A stretch of 64,000 bases of DNA from an uncultured Bacteroidota bacterium (GCA_903927505.1 CAIYNF010000084.1:4577-68576); one strand, 5' to 3'; shown: positions 28,680-39,746, counted from the stretch's first letter. Numbers and translations: made by a program. The notes: generated from the sequence alone by a model not told the origin.

Positions 28680-28885
28680 GCAATAAATATTCAAAGGCTG
28701 GCAAATATAAGGGGTGTAGGCACGAAATGCAAAAAACAATAAAAATTCTGATAATCAGGTGCTTGGGTAATTTTTGACCATTTTTTTTGAATTTTACCCC
28801 TTCATTTATACAATCTGTGGGTAAGTGAAACTACAAATCTTGTCTTAGAAATTTAGTTTCGTTAGCGCAATAAGCAGGTATTTTT

Positions 28886-29506
28886 ATGGAAAACCAAGGT
28901 TTAAGTTTATTTGAATTAATTTTTAAGGGTGGCGTAATAATGATTCCAATTGGATTGTTATCTATCCTCAGTATCTATTTTATTATTGAGCGCTTTGTGT
29001 ATATTAATAATGCCTTCAAGCTTGAAAATAATTTCATGGCCAATATGAAAGATTTATTGGGCAAAGGTGATATTAAAGCTGCAAAGGCATATTGTCAGAG
29101 AATAAACACACCTATTAGTAGGGTAATAGAAAAAGGAATTAACCGCATTGGTAAGCCAATAAAAGACATAGAAAGTGCCATGGAAAGTTCTGCTGGTTTA
29201 GAAATGGACAAGCTAGAAAAAAACATGAGTTTCTTGGGCTTAACAGCTGGTATAGCGCCTATGTTGGGTTTTATTGGAACCATTTCTGGTATCATTAAAA
29301 TCTTTTATGACATTGCCCAGAGCAACAATATTTCTATTGATGTAATTGCAGGTGGTTTGTACGTTAAAATGATTACTTCCGGCGCGGGTTTAATTGTTGG
29401 TGTTTTGGCTTACACAGGCTATCATTTATTAAACAGTCGCATCGATAGATTTAACCATAAGATGCAAGCAACTGCTGTAGATTTCATTGATATTTTAGAA
29501 AGCTAG
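28886..29506 (+). CDS. MotA/TolQ/ExbB proton-channel family protein
   Basis: 206 aa, 3 TM. C-terminal channel motif GLTAGIAPMLGFIGTISGIIKIF...GGLYVKMITSGAGLIVGVLA. Confidence 0.85.
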   Translation: MENQGLSLFELIFKGGVIMIPIGLLSILSIYFIIERFVYINNAFKLENNFMANMKDLLGKGDIKAAKAYCQRINTPISRVIEKGINRIGKPIKDIESAMESSAGLEMDKLEKNMSFLGLTAGIAPMLGFIGTISGIIKIFYDIAQSNNISIDVIAGGLYVKMITSGAGLIVGVLAYTGYHLLNSRIDRFNHKMQATAVDFIDILES

Positions 29507-29521
29507 TAACGAAAAAATAGT

Positions 29522-29923
29522 ATGAATTTTAGAAGAAAAAAACGTTTTGAAGCTGAGGTGGCAACCTCTTCTTTAAACGATATAATGTTTTTTCTGCTGC
29601 TGTTTTTCTTAATTATCTCAACGCTTGCCAACCCTAGTGTAATTAAGGTTTTATTGCCAAAATCTACACCTTCGCAAGGGGTAGTAAAGCAGCAAGTAAA
29701 CCTTACAATAACCAAAGACAAAGAGTATTATTTAGAAGATAAACTCATTGTGCCAGTAGATTTGGAAAATGCTATTTCAAAATTGGTAAAGGACAAACCA
29801 GATATGAGTATTGTTTTGCGCATGGATGCAACTTTAACCATACAAGATTTGGTAGATGTATTGGCAACTGGTACCAAGTTAAAGATTAGAATTGTAATGG
29901 CTACCCAGCCAATTAGCGGCTAG
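29522..29923 (+). CDS. Biopolymer transport protein ExbD/TolR
   Basis: 133 aa. N-terminal EVATSSLNDIMFFLLLFFLI single TM, then a periplasmic domain; immediately follows the ExbB-like gene. Confidence 0.8.
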   Translation: MNFRRKKRFEAEVATSSLNDIMFFLLLFFLIISTLANPSVIKVLLPKSTPSQGVVKQQVNLTITKDKEYYLEDKLIVPVDLENAISKLVKDKPDMSIVLRMDATLTIQDLVDVLATGTKLKIRIVMATQPISG

Positions 29924-30545
29924 CCTTATCTTGCTTTTGCCAAAGGAAATCTGAAATTACCAGGAGGCTATTATCAAAGTGGGTATTGTTGTTTACTATT
30001 AAGTCTGCTTGTGCCATAAATGGCAACAAAAATTTCCTGTAGGAAGGCAAAACATGGTTCTTCCATTGGTACAATACAAACTCTTCACTAATATTTCTTT
30101 CGGCTACATCCCTTTTCATGCGCCTCTCTAGGGCAATTTCTTCTTCGGCGCTAATAAATATCTTTAGATCAAATTGTTTGAAGATGCGCTCATAATAAAA
30201 GATAAACAAGCCTTCACATACTATTATAGGTGCGGGATTAAATTGCAACAAATCTCCTTGCTGGTTTTCATGCTGAAAACGATATTCGTTTCTATGTATG
30301 GTTTCTCCACTGTGTAATTTAGAAAGATCCTCTGCAAAGGCATCCAAATCTACGCATTCTGGCAAGTCAAAATTAATATGCCCATTTTCATCACGCTGGT
30401 GCTCAAATGCAAGCTTATAATAATTGTCTTGCGAAACAATACATAATTGTTCAGGTGAAAAGCGCTCTTTTAAGGCCTTTAAAAAAGAGGTTTTACCGCT
30501 GGCACTTCCACCAGAAATTCCAATTAAATAAGGTTTGTTATCCAT
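29913..30545 (-). CDS. udk: Uridine kinase
   Basis: P-loop IGISGGSASGKTS and the uridine kinase pattern VSQDNYY...DFDLPE. Start set at ATG 30545 (MDNKPY). Confidence 0.85.
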   Translation of the reverse strand: MDNKPYLIGISGGSASGKTSFLKALKERFSPEQLCIVSQDNYYKLAFEHQRDENGHINFDLPECVDLDAFAEDLSKLHSGETIHRNEYRFQHENQQGDLLQFNPAPIIVCEGLFIFYYERIFKQFDLKIFISAEEEIALERRMKRDVAERNISEEFVLYQWKNHVLPSYRKFLLPFMAQADLIVNNNTHFDNSLLVISDFLWQKQDKASR

Positions 30546-30681
30546 TCGGGCTGTAAAATTAATATAACATTTGGGTCGAACCAAACCTTTTTACGCACAA
30601 TAAATAGGACTCATATTCAGAAACTTGCGAAACAATGGAAACTATTAATAATAAAAAAGTTTCCTAAGTGTTTTTTTGACC

Positions 30682-30689
30682 TACCTTTG
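30682..30689 (+). promoter_or_regulatory. Candidate -7 promoter box of the TetR-efflux operon
   Basis: TACCTTTG matches TAnnTTTG exactly, 22 nt upstream of ATG 30711. No good -33 TTTG at canonical spacing. Confidence 0.4.
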
Positions 30690-30710
30690 CACCGCAAAAA
30701 AACAGGAAAC

Positions 30711-31331
30711 ATGTCGGAAGAAGTGAAAAATAAGATATTGAATGGAGCGGCTGCATTGTTTCTCAAATACGGGTTTAAGAGTATCACCATGGATGATATT
30801 GCGCGTGAATTGGGAATTTCGAAGAAAACGCTCTATCAGTTTTTTGAAGACAAGCCAAGTTTGGTAGACCAAACCGTGATGAACCATATTCAAGCGGAGG
30901 AAAACGCTTGCAAAGCCATTAATCATGAGCAAACTAATCCTGTTGAATATATGCTCATGATAACAGAGTCTTTTAGTGATATTAAAAAACAAATTAACCA
31001 GAGCATTTTGTATGATTTGAAAAAGTATTTCAAGCCTACTTGGGATAAATTAAATCTATTTAGAATGGAGTTTGTTTACAATCAGGTTTTAGACAATATA
31101 ATTAGAGGCAAAGAAATGGGTTTTTACCATGCAGGAATTGATGATAGCTTAACAGCAAGGTTTTACATTAGCTTGGTAGATTTTATGATGAATCCAGATA
31201 ATTATGCAAGTACCGAACTTGATTTTAAAAGTGTTCATGCAGAAATGATGCGCTACCATTTGCGCTCTATCTGCACAGATAAAGGCATGAAATTGCTTTT
31301 GAAAAGTAGTTTGTACCCAAATAGTAAATAA
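30711..31331 (+). CDS. TetR/AcrR family transcriptional regulator
   Basis: N-terminal HTH ILNGAAALFLKYGFKSITMDDIARELGISKKTLYQFF. Start set at ATG 30711 because the upstream ATG at 30687 falls inside the -7 box. Confidence 0.85.
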   Translation: MSEEVKNKILNGAAALFLKYGFKSITMDDIARELGISKKTLYQFFEDKPSLVDQTVMNHIQAEENACKAINHEQTNPVEYMLMITESFSDIKKQINQSILYDLKKYFKPTWDKLNLFRMEFVYNQVLDNIIRGKEMGFYHAGIDDSLTARFYISLVDFMMNPDNYASTELDFKSVHAEMMRYHLRSICTDKGMKLLLKSSLYPNSK

Positions 31332-31344
31332 TAAATTAGAATAT

Positions 31345-32694
31345 ATGAATAATAGAAAAAGCATTTTGTTTGTAGTTATGCTGCTTGTGTTTCAAGTTGG
31401 TATGGCGCAACAAAATCAAGCGCAAAATTACTCACTAAAAGATGCTGTTACTTTTGCCAAAAAGAACAACTACAGTCTTAAAAACAGCAAATTAGATGTT
31501 TTGTCGAGCCAGAAAAAAGTAAATGAAATTTTTGCCATGGGCTTGCCACAAATTACGGGAACAGCCAATATTGTCAACAATGTACAAATTGGTCAGCAAG
31601 TAATTCCTAACTTCTTGAAACAGGCAATGGGCTCTGGTCCAGATTATTTAACCTTGTCGTTTGCCCGTCCATTTACAAGTGGCATAACAGTGAGCGCCAA
31701 TCAGCTTATTTTTGATGGTACATTTTTCTTAGGTGTAAAAGCGTCTAAAGAATTTGTGAATTTATCTCAATTAAACCTCACGCGTTCTGAGATTGAAACG
31801 GAAGTATACGTTTCTAAAGCCTATTATTTGGTTCTTCTGCTAGAAGCCAATGAAAATATGATGGCAAAAAACATTGAGAGTTTGCAAAAAACCAAATCAG
31901 ATGTAGAGCAATTTTTTAAAAATGGATTCTCTGAAAAAGTAGATGTGGAGCGTTTAACATTGCAGTTATCTAACCTCACTTTGCAAAAAGAAAAAATGCA
32001 CGACCAAAAAGCGATTGCCCAAATGGTTTTAAAGCTACAAATGGGTTTAAATGTAGCTGATAGTATTCTATTAACAGATGGTTTGGAGCAATTGTATGAA
32101 AGTTCAAAAAATGAAATTAATGTGGCTGAAGCCGTAAATTTTGGCAGCAGAATTGAATATAAAATGCTAAACCAACAATTGTCGTTAAACAAATTAGATA
32201 AGAAGCGTTACAATGTTGGCTACCTTCCAGGTTTTTATGCATTTGCAACCCACAATGAAAATGCATTTGGAGATAATTTGGGAAATCTATATGATAAATT
32301 TTACCCAGGAACGATGGTGGGTTTAAGCATGAACCTTCCCATTTTTGATGGTTTTAGAAAATTGGCTCAAACACAGCAAGCTGCCATTAGTATTACAAAA
32401 ACCGAAAATGACATTAAGAACTTTGAAAACCTAATTAACCAACAAGTTTATCAATCGCGCTCTAGTTATTTGAGAACAAGCCAACAGTTAGAAATTCAAA
32501 GAGGCAATCTCAAATTGGCGCAGGATATTTATAATAAAATGGAAATTAAATACAGAAATGGTGTTGGGTCGAGCCTAGAATTAACAACAGCGCAAGCCGA
32601 TTTAGAAAATGCACGCACCAATCTGTTAACAACCGTTTACGATTATTTTGTTGCTGAAATGGAATTGAAAAAGGCCTTGGGTCAGATTAAATAA
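31345..32694 (+). CDS. TolC-family outer-membrane efflux protein
   Basis: Signal peptide, 449 aa, two-repeat structure with the typical LSLKDAV...AKKNN start and coiled alpha-barrel repeats; first structural gene of the efflux operon. Confidence 0.85.
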   Translation: MNNRKSILFVVMLLVFQVGMAQQNQAQNYSLKDAVTFAKKNNYSLKNSKLDVLSSQKKVNEIFAMGLPQITGTANIVNNVQIGQQVIPNFLKQAMGSGPDYLTLSFARPFTSGITVSANQLIFDGTFFLGVKASKEFVNLSQLNLTRSEIETEVYVSKAYYLVLLLEANENMMAKNIESLQKTKSDVEQFFKNGFSEKVDVERLTLQLSNLTLQKEKMHDQKAIAQMVLKLQMGLNVADSILLTDGLEQLYESSKNEINVAEAVNFGSRIEYKMLNQQLSLNKLDKKRYNVGYLPGFYAFATHNENAFGDNLGNLYDKFYPGTMVGLSMNLPIFDGFRKLAQTQQAAISITKTENDIKNFENLINQQVYQSRSSYLRTSQQLEIQRGNLKLAQDIYNKMEIKYRNGVGSSLELTTAQADLENARTNLLTTVYDYFVAEMELKKALGQIK

Positions 32695-32714
32695 TTAAAA
32701 GAATAATAAAATAT

Positions 32715-33854
32715 ATGAAAAGAATAATAAATGTATTGGTGCTACTTGTTGGAATTGGCATGGTAGCTTCTTGTGGGAATGGAAATTCTGTAGAAAAGAA
32801 AACAGAGCAACTTGAAAAATTAAAAAGCAAACAAGCAGATTTAAGTTCACAAATTAAAACCTTAGAAGAAGAGATTTTAGCTTTAGGTGATACCTCAAGT
32901 AAGAGCAAAGAAAAAGTCAAATATGTGGCTATAACTCCTGTGGCGCTTGCCAATTTTGAACATTATATAGATGTGCAAGGTAGAGTTGATGGTGACGAAA
33001 ACACTACAATCAGTGCGCGTGCAATGGGTCCTGTTATTAATGTATTTGTAAAAACAGGAGCACAGGTAAAAAAAGGTCAGGTTTTAGCAGAATTAGATGG
33101 TGAAATTGTAAAACGTCAATTAGATGATTTGCGCACCAACCTAAAATTTGCTACCGATGTTTTTAACAAACAAAAGGCACTTTGGGAAAAACAAGTGGGA
33201 ACAGAAATTCAATTCTTAAGTGCTAAAAACACCAAAGAATCTTTAGAGCAAAAATTAGCTGCTTTAAATGAGAACTTGGATATGTATAGAATTAAATCGC
33301 CAATAAACGGAACCATTGATGAGGTGTTTTTAAAATTGGGTCAGAATATTGCTCCAGGTATTCCATGTTTCCGTATAGTAAATTCAAATGAATTAAAAGC
33401 AAAGGCCGATGTGGCAGAAACTTATGCAAGCCAAATTCAAGTAGGAAACCAAGTTCGTTTGTTATTTCCTGATTTAGAAAACAGAGAAGTGAGTTCTACT
33501 ATTTCGTTTACTTCTAAAGTAATTAACCAAATGAACCGCACCTTTACTATTGAATCGAGATTGCCATCTGAAAAGAATTTTATTCCCAATATGATTGTGG
33601 TATTTAAGGTAAGAGATTACCAAAATAAGGAAGCCATAGTGGTGCCAATTAATACCATTCAGAAAACTGAAACTGGCACTTTTGTGGTTGTTGCAGAAAC
33701 AAAAGACGGCAAAAAAGTAGCCATCAAAAAAGAGATAAAAGTTGGAAAAATATACCAAGATAAGGCAGAAATTGTTTCTGGTTTAACTGCTGGGGAACAA
33801 TTGATAACAACTGGTTACCAAGATTTAAACGACAACGAATTGATTAAATACTAA
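32715..33854 (+). CDS. Efflux RND periplasmic adaptor (membrane fusion protein)
   Basis: Lipoprotein-like signal (LLVGIGMVASC), a coiled-coil hairpin, the lipoyl motif VKKGQVLAELD and beta-barrel domains. Confidence 0.85.
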   Translation: MKRIINVLVLLVGIGMVASCGNGNSVEKKTEQLEKLKSKQADLSSQIKTLEEEILALGDTSSKSKEKVKYVAITPVALANFEHYIDVQGRVDGDENTTISARAMGPVINVFVKTGAQVKKGQVLAELDGEIVKRQLDDLRTNLKFATDVFNKQKALWEKQVGTEIQFLSAKNTKESLEQKLAALNENLDMYRIKSPINGTIDEVFLKLGQNIAPGIPCFRIVNSNELKAKADVAETYASQIQVGNQVRLLFPDLENREVSSTISFTSKVINQMNRTFTIESRLPSEKNFIPNMIVVFKVRDYQNKEAIVVPINTIQKTETGTFVVVAETKDGKKVAIKKEIKVGKIYQDKAEIVSGLTAGEQLITTGYQDLNDNELIKY

Positions 33855-33885
33855 GCAATAGTTTTCAATCTTAATCAATAAAAAA

Positions 33886-36800
33886 ATGTTTGATAAAATT
33901 AAAGAATTTAAACCTTCGAGCTGGGCAATAAATAATAAAACCAGTGTTTATATTATGACTATCATTATTACCCTTGCTGGTTTAATGAGTTATAATAGTT
34001 TACCTAAAGAGAATTTTCCAGAAGTTGTATTTCCACAAATTTTAGTGAATACAATTTATGCCGGAACTTCTCCTAAGGATATGGAAAACTTAGTTACCAA
34101 ACACATTGAAAAACAAGTAAAATCTATCAATGGTGTTAAACAGGTAAGCAGTTCCTCCATTCAAGATTTTTCCATGATCAATATTGAGTTCAATACAGAT
34201 GTGGATGTGCCAATTGCCAAGCAACGTGTAAAAGATGCTGTAGACAAAGCGCGTAAGGATTTACCAAATGATTTAACGCGTGAACCGGAAGTTATTGATA
34301 TTGATGTATCGCAAATGCCAATTATGAATGTGCATTTATCTGGCGATTATCCTTTAGATAAATTGAAAGACTATGCAGACGATTTGAAGGACAAAATAGA
34401 GGGATTAAAAGAAATTACCCGTTGTGATATTGTGGGTGCCCTTGATAAAGAAATTCAAATTGATGTTGACATGTACAAAATGCAAGCAGCTGATGTTACC
34501 ATGCGTGACATTGAAACAGCTGTAAAGTATGAAAACATGACTATCTCTGGTGGTCAAATTAAAATGGACGGATTAAAGCGTTCGATAAACGTAATTGGTC
34601 AGTACACCGATGCCAGTAAAATTGGCGATATCATTATCCGTTCTGGAAGTGGCGCTACTATTTACTTAAAAGACATTGCTAAAATTACGGATGGCTTTAA
34701 AGAAAAAGAAAGTTATGCGCGTTTGGACCACGACAATGTTGTTACTTTAAATGTAATCAAGAAAAGTGGCATGAACCTCATTGATGCTTCTGATAAAATT
34801 AAAGAAGTAGCGAAGGAAATGGAAGAAAACCATTTTCCACAAGGTCTAAAAGTTACCATAACAGGTGACCAATCCAACAAAACAAAAGTTACTTTGGACG
34901 ATTTGATTAATACCATCATTATTGGATTTGTTTTGGTAACCATTATTCTCATGTTTTTTATGGGAACAACCAATGCCATTTTTGTGGCCATGTCTGTTCC
35001 GCTATCCATGTTTGTTGCGTTTTTAATCATGCCAACTATTGGGTTTACCTTAAATATGATTGTGTTGTTTTCATTCCTATTGGCCTTAGGTATTGTGGTG
35101 GATGATGCCATTGTGGTAATTGAAAATACACACCGTATTTTCGACCATGGCAAGGTGCCAATTGTGAAAGCCGCAAAAATGGCTGCAGGTGAAATATTTA
35201 TGCCTGTATTGTCTGGCACGCTAACCACATTGGCGCCATTTATTCCATTGGCATTTTGGCAAGGAGTAATTGGTAAGTTTATGTTCTATTTACCAATTAC
35301 CTTAATTGTTACTTTATTGGCCTCATTGGTTGTTGCTTATATTATTAATCCTGTGTTTGCAGTAGATTTTATGAAGCCGCACCATGAAGGTGAAGATAAA
35401 AGAAAAATTACCAAAGGATTTAAAATTACCTCAGTTGTTTTTGGTGTAATTGTTTTGGTTTCTTATTTGGCAAAAAATTGGGGATTGGGAAACTTTGTAT
35501 TGACACTTTATGGTTTGTATTGTTTGAACCGATTTGTGCTGCATGAAGTAATTGAAACTTTCCAAAATAAAACTTGGCCTGCATTCCAAGAGCGTTATAA
35601 AAAGTTGATAATTTGGGTGCTTGAAGGTAAAAGACCCCAATGGATATTAGTTGGAACAGTTGGCTTGTTCTTTTTCTCTATAGCCTTAACGGCAGTGAGA
35701 AGCCCTAAAGTAGTTTTCTTCCCTCAGAGTGATCCCAATTTTGTTTATACCTATATTTCTTTGCCAATTGGTACAGACCAAGTTTATACCGATTCTATTA
35801 CCCATTTAATTGAAGATAGAATTTATGCAGTAGTTGGAGATTCGAATCCAATTGTTGAATCTATAATTTCTAATGTAGCTATTGGCGCAAATAACCCAAG
35901 TAGTTTTGACTTTAGTACCAGTCCGCATTTGGGTAAGGTTACTGTTGCTTTTGTTCCATTTGGCAAAAGAGATGGTGCTTCAACCGTAGCCTATTTAGAT
36001 AAAATTAGAGCGGCGGTAAAAGGGATTCCAGGTGCAGAAATAACAGTAGAACAAGAACAAGGTGGCCCGCCAACTGGTAAGCCAATTAATATTGAAATTA
36101 CCGCAGATGAATTTGAGCAATTAACTATTGTATCAAAAGATTTGAAACGCTATTTAGATTCATTGGCAATTCCTGGTATTGAAGAATTGAAATCGGATAT
36201 GCAAACCAATAAGCCTGAAATTGTAATTGAAATTGACCGTGAAAGAGCTAATAGAGAAGGGATTTCTACTGCAGTAATTGGCAAGGAATTGCGTGATGCA
36301 ATTTTTGGAACAGAAGTTTCAAAATTCAAGGATTCAAAAGATGATTACCCAATTCAATTGCGTTATGCATTTGACCAAAGAAATAATGTAAATGCCCTAA
36401 TGAACCTGAAAATTACCTATAGAGATATGAATATGGGTGGTCAAATTCGTCAGGTACCACTATCGTCGGTAGCCAAAGTAACTTATGGCAATACCTATGG
36501 TGGTATCAAGCGTAAAAACCAAAAGCGTTTAGTAACCTTATCTTCTAATGTTTTGAGCGGATACAATGCCAATGAGATAGTTGGTAAAATTCAAAAAGCG
36601 GTTAAGAATTACCAATTGCCAGCAGATGTAAATGTGAGCATGACGGGTGAGCAGGAAAAGCAAAAAGAAACCGGTGCATTCTTGGGAAAAGCGATGTTAA
36701 TTTCATTTGGATTGATCTTTTTGATTTTAGTAACGCAGTTTAATTCTATTTCAAAACCATTGATCATTTTTGTAGAAATTTTCTTCAGTATTATCGGAGT

Positions 36801-37254
36801 ATTATTAGGCTTGTCTATTTTTAAAATGAGTATTTCTGTAGTAATGACAGGTGTGGGCGTAATTGCTTTGGCTGGTATTGTGGTAAGAAATGGAATTTTA
36901 TTGGTAGAGTTTACGGATTTGCTGATGGAGCAAGGAATGGAATATAAAGATGCCATTATTGAAGCAGGTAAAACACGCATGACACCGGTTATTTTAACGG
37001 CATCGGCTACAATTTTGGGACTAATTCCATTGGCTGTTGGTTTAAATATAGACTTCGTTTCCTTGTTTAGTGAATTAAACCCGCATATCCATTTTGGCGG
37101 AGATAATGTGGCCTTCTGGGGTCCATTGAGCTGGACAATGATATTTGGATTAAGTTTTGCCACCTTCTTAACATTGATTTTGGTGCCAGTGATGTTGTTA
37201 ATATCAAATAAACTTAAAATAAAATTTGGGGTTCCTCTGGTTAAGAAGCATTAG
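33886..37254 (+). CDS. Efflux RND transporter permease (AcrB/HAE family)
   Basis: 1122 aa with 12-TM topology and two large periplasmic loops. Conserved LALGIVVDDAIVVIEN and AGIVVRNGILLVEF motifs. Confidence 0.9.
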   Translation: MFDKIKEFKPSSWAINNKTSVYIMTIIITLAGLMSYNSLPKENFPEVVFPQILVNTIYAGTSPKDMENLVTKHIEKQVKSINGVKQVSSSSIQDFSMINIEFNTDVDVPIAKQRVKDAVDKARKDLPNDLTREPEVIDIDVSQMPIMNVHLSGDYPLDKLKDYADDLKDKIEGLKEITRCDIVGALDKEIQIDVDMYKMQAADVTMRDIETAVKYENMTISGGQIKMDGLKRSINVIGQYTDASKIGDIIIRSGSGATIYLKDIAKITDGFKEKESYARLDHDNVVTLNVIKKSGMNLIDASDKIKEVAKEMEENHFPQGLKVTITGDQSNKTKVTLDDLINTIIIGFVLVTIILMFFMGTTNAIFVAMSVPLSMFVAFLIMPTIGFTLNMIVLFSFLLALGIVVDDAIVVIENTHRIFDHGKVPIVKAAKMAAGEIFMPVLSGTLTTLAPFIPLAFWQGVIGKFMFYLPITLIVTLLASLVVAYIINPVFAVDFMKPHHEGEDKRKITKGFKITSVVFGVIVLVSYLAKNWGLGNFVLTLYGLYCLNRFVLHEVIETFQNKTWPAFQERYKKLIIWVLEGKRPQWILVGTVGLFFFSIALTAVRSPKVVFFPQSDPNFVYTYISLPIGTDQVYTDSITHLIEDRIYAVVGDSNPIVESIISNVAIGANNPSSFDFSTSPHLGKVTVAFVPFGKRDGASTVAYLDKIRAAVKGIPGAEITVEQEQGGPPTGKPINIEITADEFEQLTIVSKDLKRYLDSLAIPGIEELKSDMQTNKPEIVIEIDRERANREGISTAVIGKELRDAIFGTEVSKFKDSKDDYPIQLRYAFDQRNNVNALMNLKITYRDMNMGGQIRQVPLSSVAKVTYGNTYGGIKRKNQKRLVTLSSNVLSGYNANEIVGKIQKAVKNYQLPADVNVSMTGEQEKQKETGAFLGKAMLISFGLIFLILVTQFNSISKPLIIFVEIFFSIIGVLLGLSIFKMSISVVMTGVGVIALAGIVVRNGILLVEFTDLLMEQGMEYKDAIIEAGKTRMTPVILTASATILGLIPLAVGLNIDFVSLFSELNPHIHFGGDNVAFWGPLSWTMIFGLSFATFLTLILVPVMLLISNKLKIKFGVPLVKKH

Positions 37255-37299
37255 TGATTAAATGGATTGAAAATAGATTTTGGTTTTAAATTTGCATTA

Positions 37300-37339
37300 A
37301 AAAAGGGCGGAACATAAACATGTTCTGCCCTTTTGTTTT
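37300..37339 (+). terminator. Rho-independent terminator of the efflux operon
   Basis: AAAAAGGGCGGAACAT-AAAC-ATGTTCTGCCCTTTTGTTTT (one G.U pair). Confidence 0.8.
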
Positions 37340-37488
37340 CGGCTAGTTTGGTTTCGTTTTATTTTTAAATAAAATCATTTATATTGCGTTAAGAAATTAA
37401 CAACAAAACGGAGTAATTTTTTACTTCTGCTGTTATAAAAGATAATTGCACCTAGGGGTAGATGTGCAATTTGTTTCATAGGCTAAAG

Positions 37489-37520
37489 CGGGGTTCAGGC
37501 AACTGACCCCGTTTTTTTTT
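37489..37520 (+). terminator. Second, orphan Rho-independent terminator about 150 nt after the first
   Basis: CGGGGTTCAG-GCAA-CTGACCCCG followed by nine T. It is preceded by a hairpin ATTGCAC-N12-GTGCAAT at 37446..37471. Confidence 0.7.
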
Positions 37521-37766
37521 GTGCCTAAAATTGTGCAAAAAATAAGCTCTAAAATTTCAATAATGGCAAGTTTTTCTTGCACCTATTTTACTATTTACCC
37601 CTAAAAAAATGCTATTAATCCCTAAAAAAAGTCAATAAAAATCGATTTTTTGAAAATTTTACAAAAATATTTTTGCAAAAAATGCAAATGTTAATGCATA
37701 AACCGAATATTTTGGGTTTAATAAAGGCTTTCCATTGAAATTCGGAAGATTAACAATTATTTAGGT

Positions 37767-39428
<1,662 letters not shown>

Positions 39429-39468
39429 CAGAAAGTATATAAATAATTTACATTGGCATTTAAAATAA

Positions 39469-39504
39469 GAAAGCCACTTTGAGGGGTTCAAGGTGGCTTT
39501 TTTA
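39469..39504 (+). terminator. Rho-independent terminator of the ABC-F gene
   Basis: AAGCCACTT-TGAGGGGTTC-AAGGTGGCTTTTTT (one bulged G). Confidence 0.8.
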
Positions 39505-39534
39505 TGCAAATTAGGGATTTTTTTAAGAACCAAA

Positions 39535-39614
39535 GGCCGCTTACGCGGCCCCGGTCCAACCTTTACTCAAGCTACAGGGAACCTGTAGCAAGATCTTTGG
39601 GACGGGGAGTTTTT
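39535..39614 (+). other. GC-rich structured element ending in a U-run (candidate sRNA or complex terminator)
   Basis: Hairpin GGCCGC-TTAC-GCGGCC (39535..39550). Perfect 8-bp hairpin GCTACAGG-GAA-CCTGTAGC (39571..39589) enclosed by CCGGTCC/GGGACGG pairing, followed by AGTTTTT. It stands out sharply from the AT-rich surroundings. Confidence 0.35.
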
Positions 39615-39746
39615 AGGCTTCAGCAGGGTTAAATTTTTTCAATAATTACCTGGTACAAGTACCATCTAATTCAAAGATGCAAATTTTTTAATTGCAGAAA
39701 ACACTAAACAAATAAGTGGTTGGTTTGGATGTTTAATTGGCAGGCC

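Noticed and set aside
28652-28777. 41-codon basic ORF (MEIYGFGSNRNKYSKAGKYKGCRHEMQKTIKILIIRCLGNF) in the secDF/exbB intergenic region.
   Set aside because: It has no promoter box or conservation argument. It spans the GGTTCGAACC palindrome and probably reflects chance openness in a regulatory spacer.
28886-29923. ExbB-ExbD pair lacking an adjacent TonB or second ExbD.
   Set aside because: TonB genes are frequently unlinked, so this absence within one window is not evidence of anything unusual.
30681-30992. 103-aa minus-strand ORF overlapping the tetR gene.
   Set aside because: It is antisense to a clear TetR HTH-containing CDS and has no recognisable features.
35839-35849. tRNA T-arm-like string GATTCGAATCC.
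   Set aside because: It lies inside the RND permease CDS, and no acceptor, D or anticodon stems can be drawn around it. I found no tRNA in any intergenic region of the window.
34713-37163. Long antisense ORFs inside the RND permease gene (34713..35228, 171 aa; 36609..37163, 184 aa). Similar ones lie inside radA (15780..16178), nrdJ (18831..19097, 20253..21041), secDF, the S8 protease and other genes.
   Set aside because: They lie fully within, and antisense to, confidently identified conserved genes. Their translations are low-complexity or hydrophobic mirror images with no motifs. These are typical shadow ORFs.
37563-37604. 13-codon uORF (MASFSCTYFTIYP) upstream of the ABC-F gene, as a possible ribosome-stalling leader peptide like those of ARE-type ABC-F genes.
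   Set aside because: I could not find a terminator/antiterminator alternative structure between it and the ABC-F start. A good -7 box lies only 20 nt from the ABC-F ATG. The gene is YbiT-like rather than an ARE resistance type.
39535-39614. Identity of the GC-rich element as SRP (4.5S) RNA or a small self-cleaving ribozyme.
   Set aside because: It lacks the SRP helix-8 GGAA tetraloop with AGCA/AGG symmetric-loop context, the hammerhead CUGAUGA/GAAA cores and a convincing twister core. It is kept only as an unclassified structured element.
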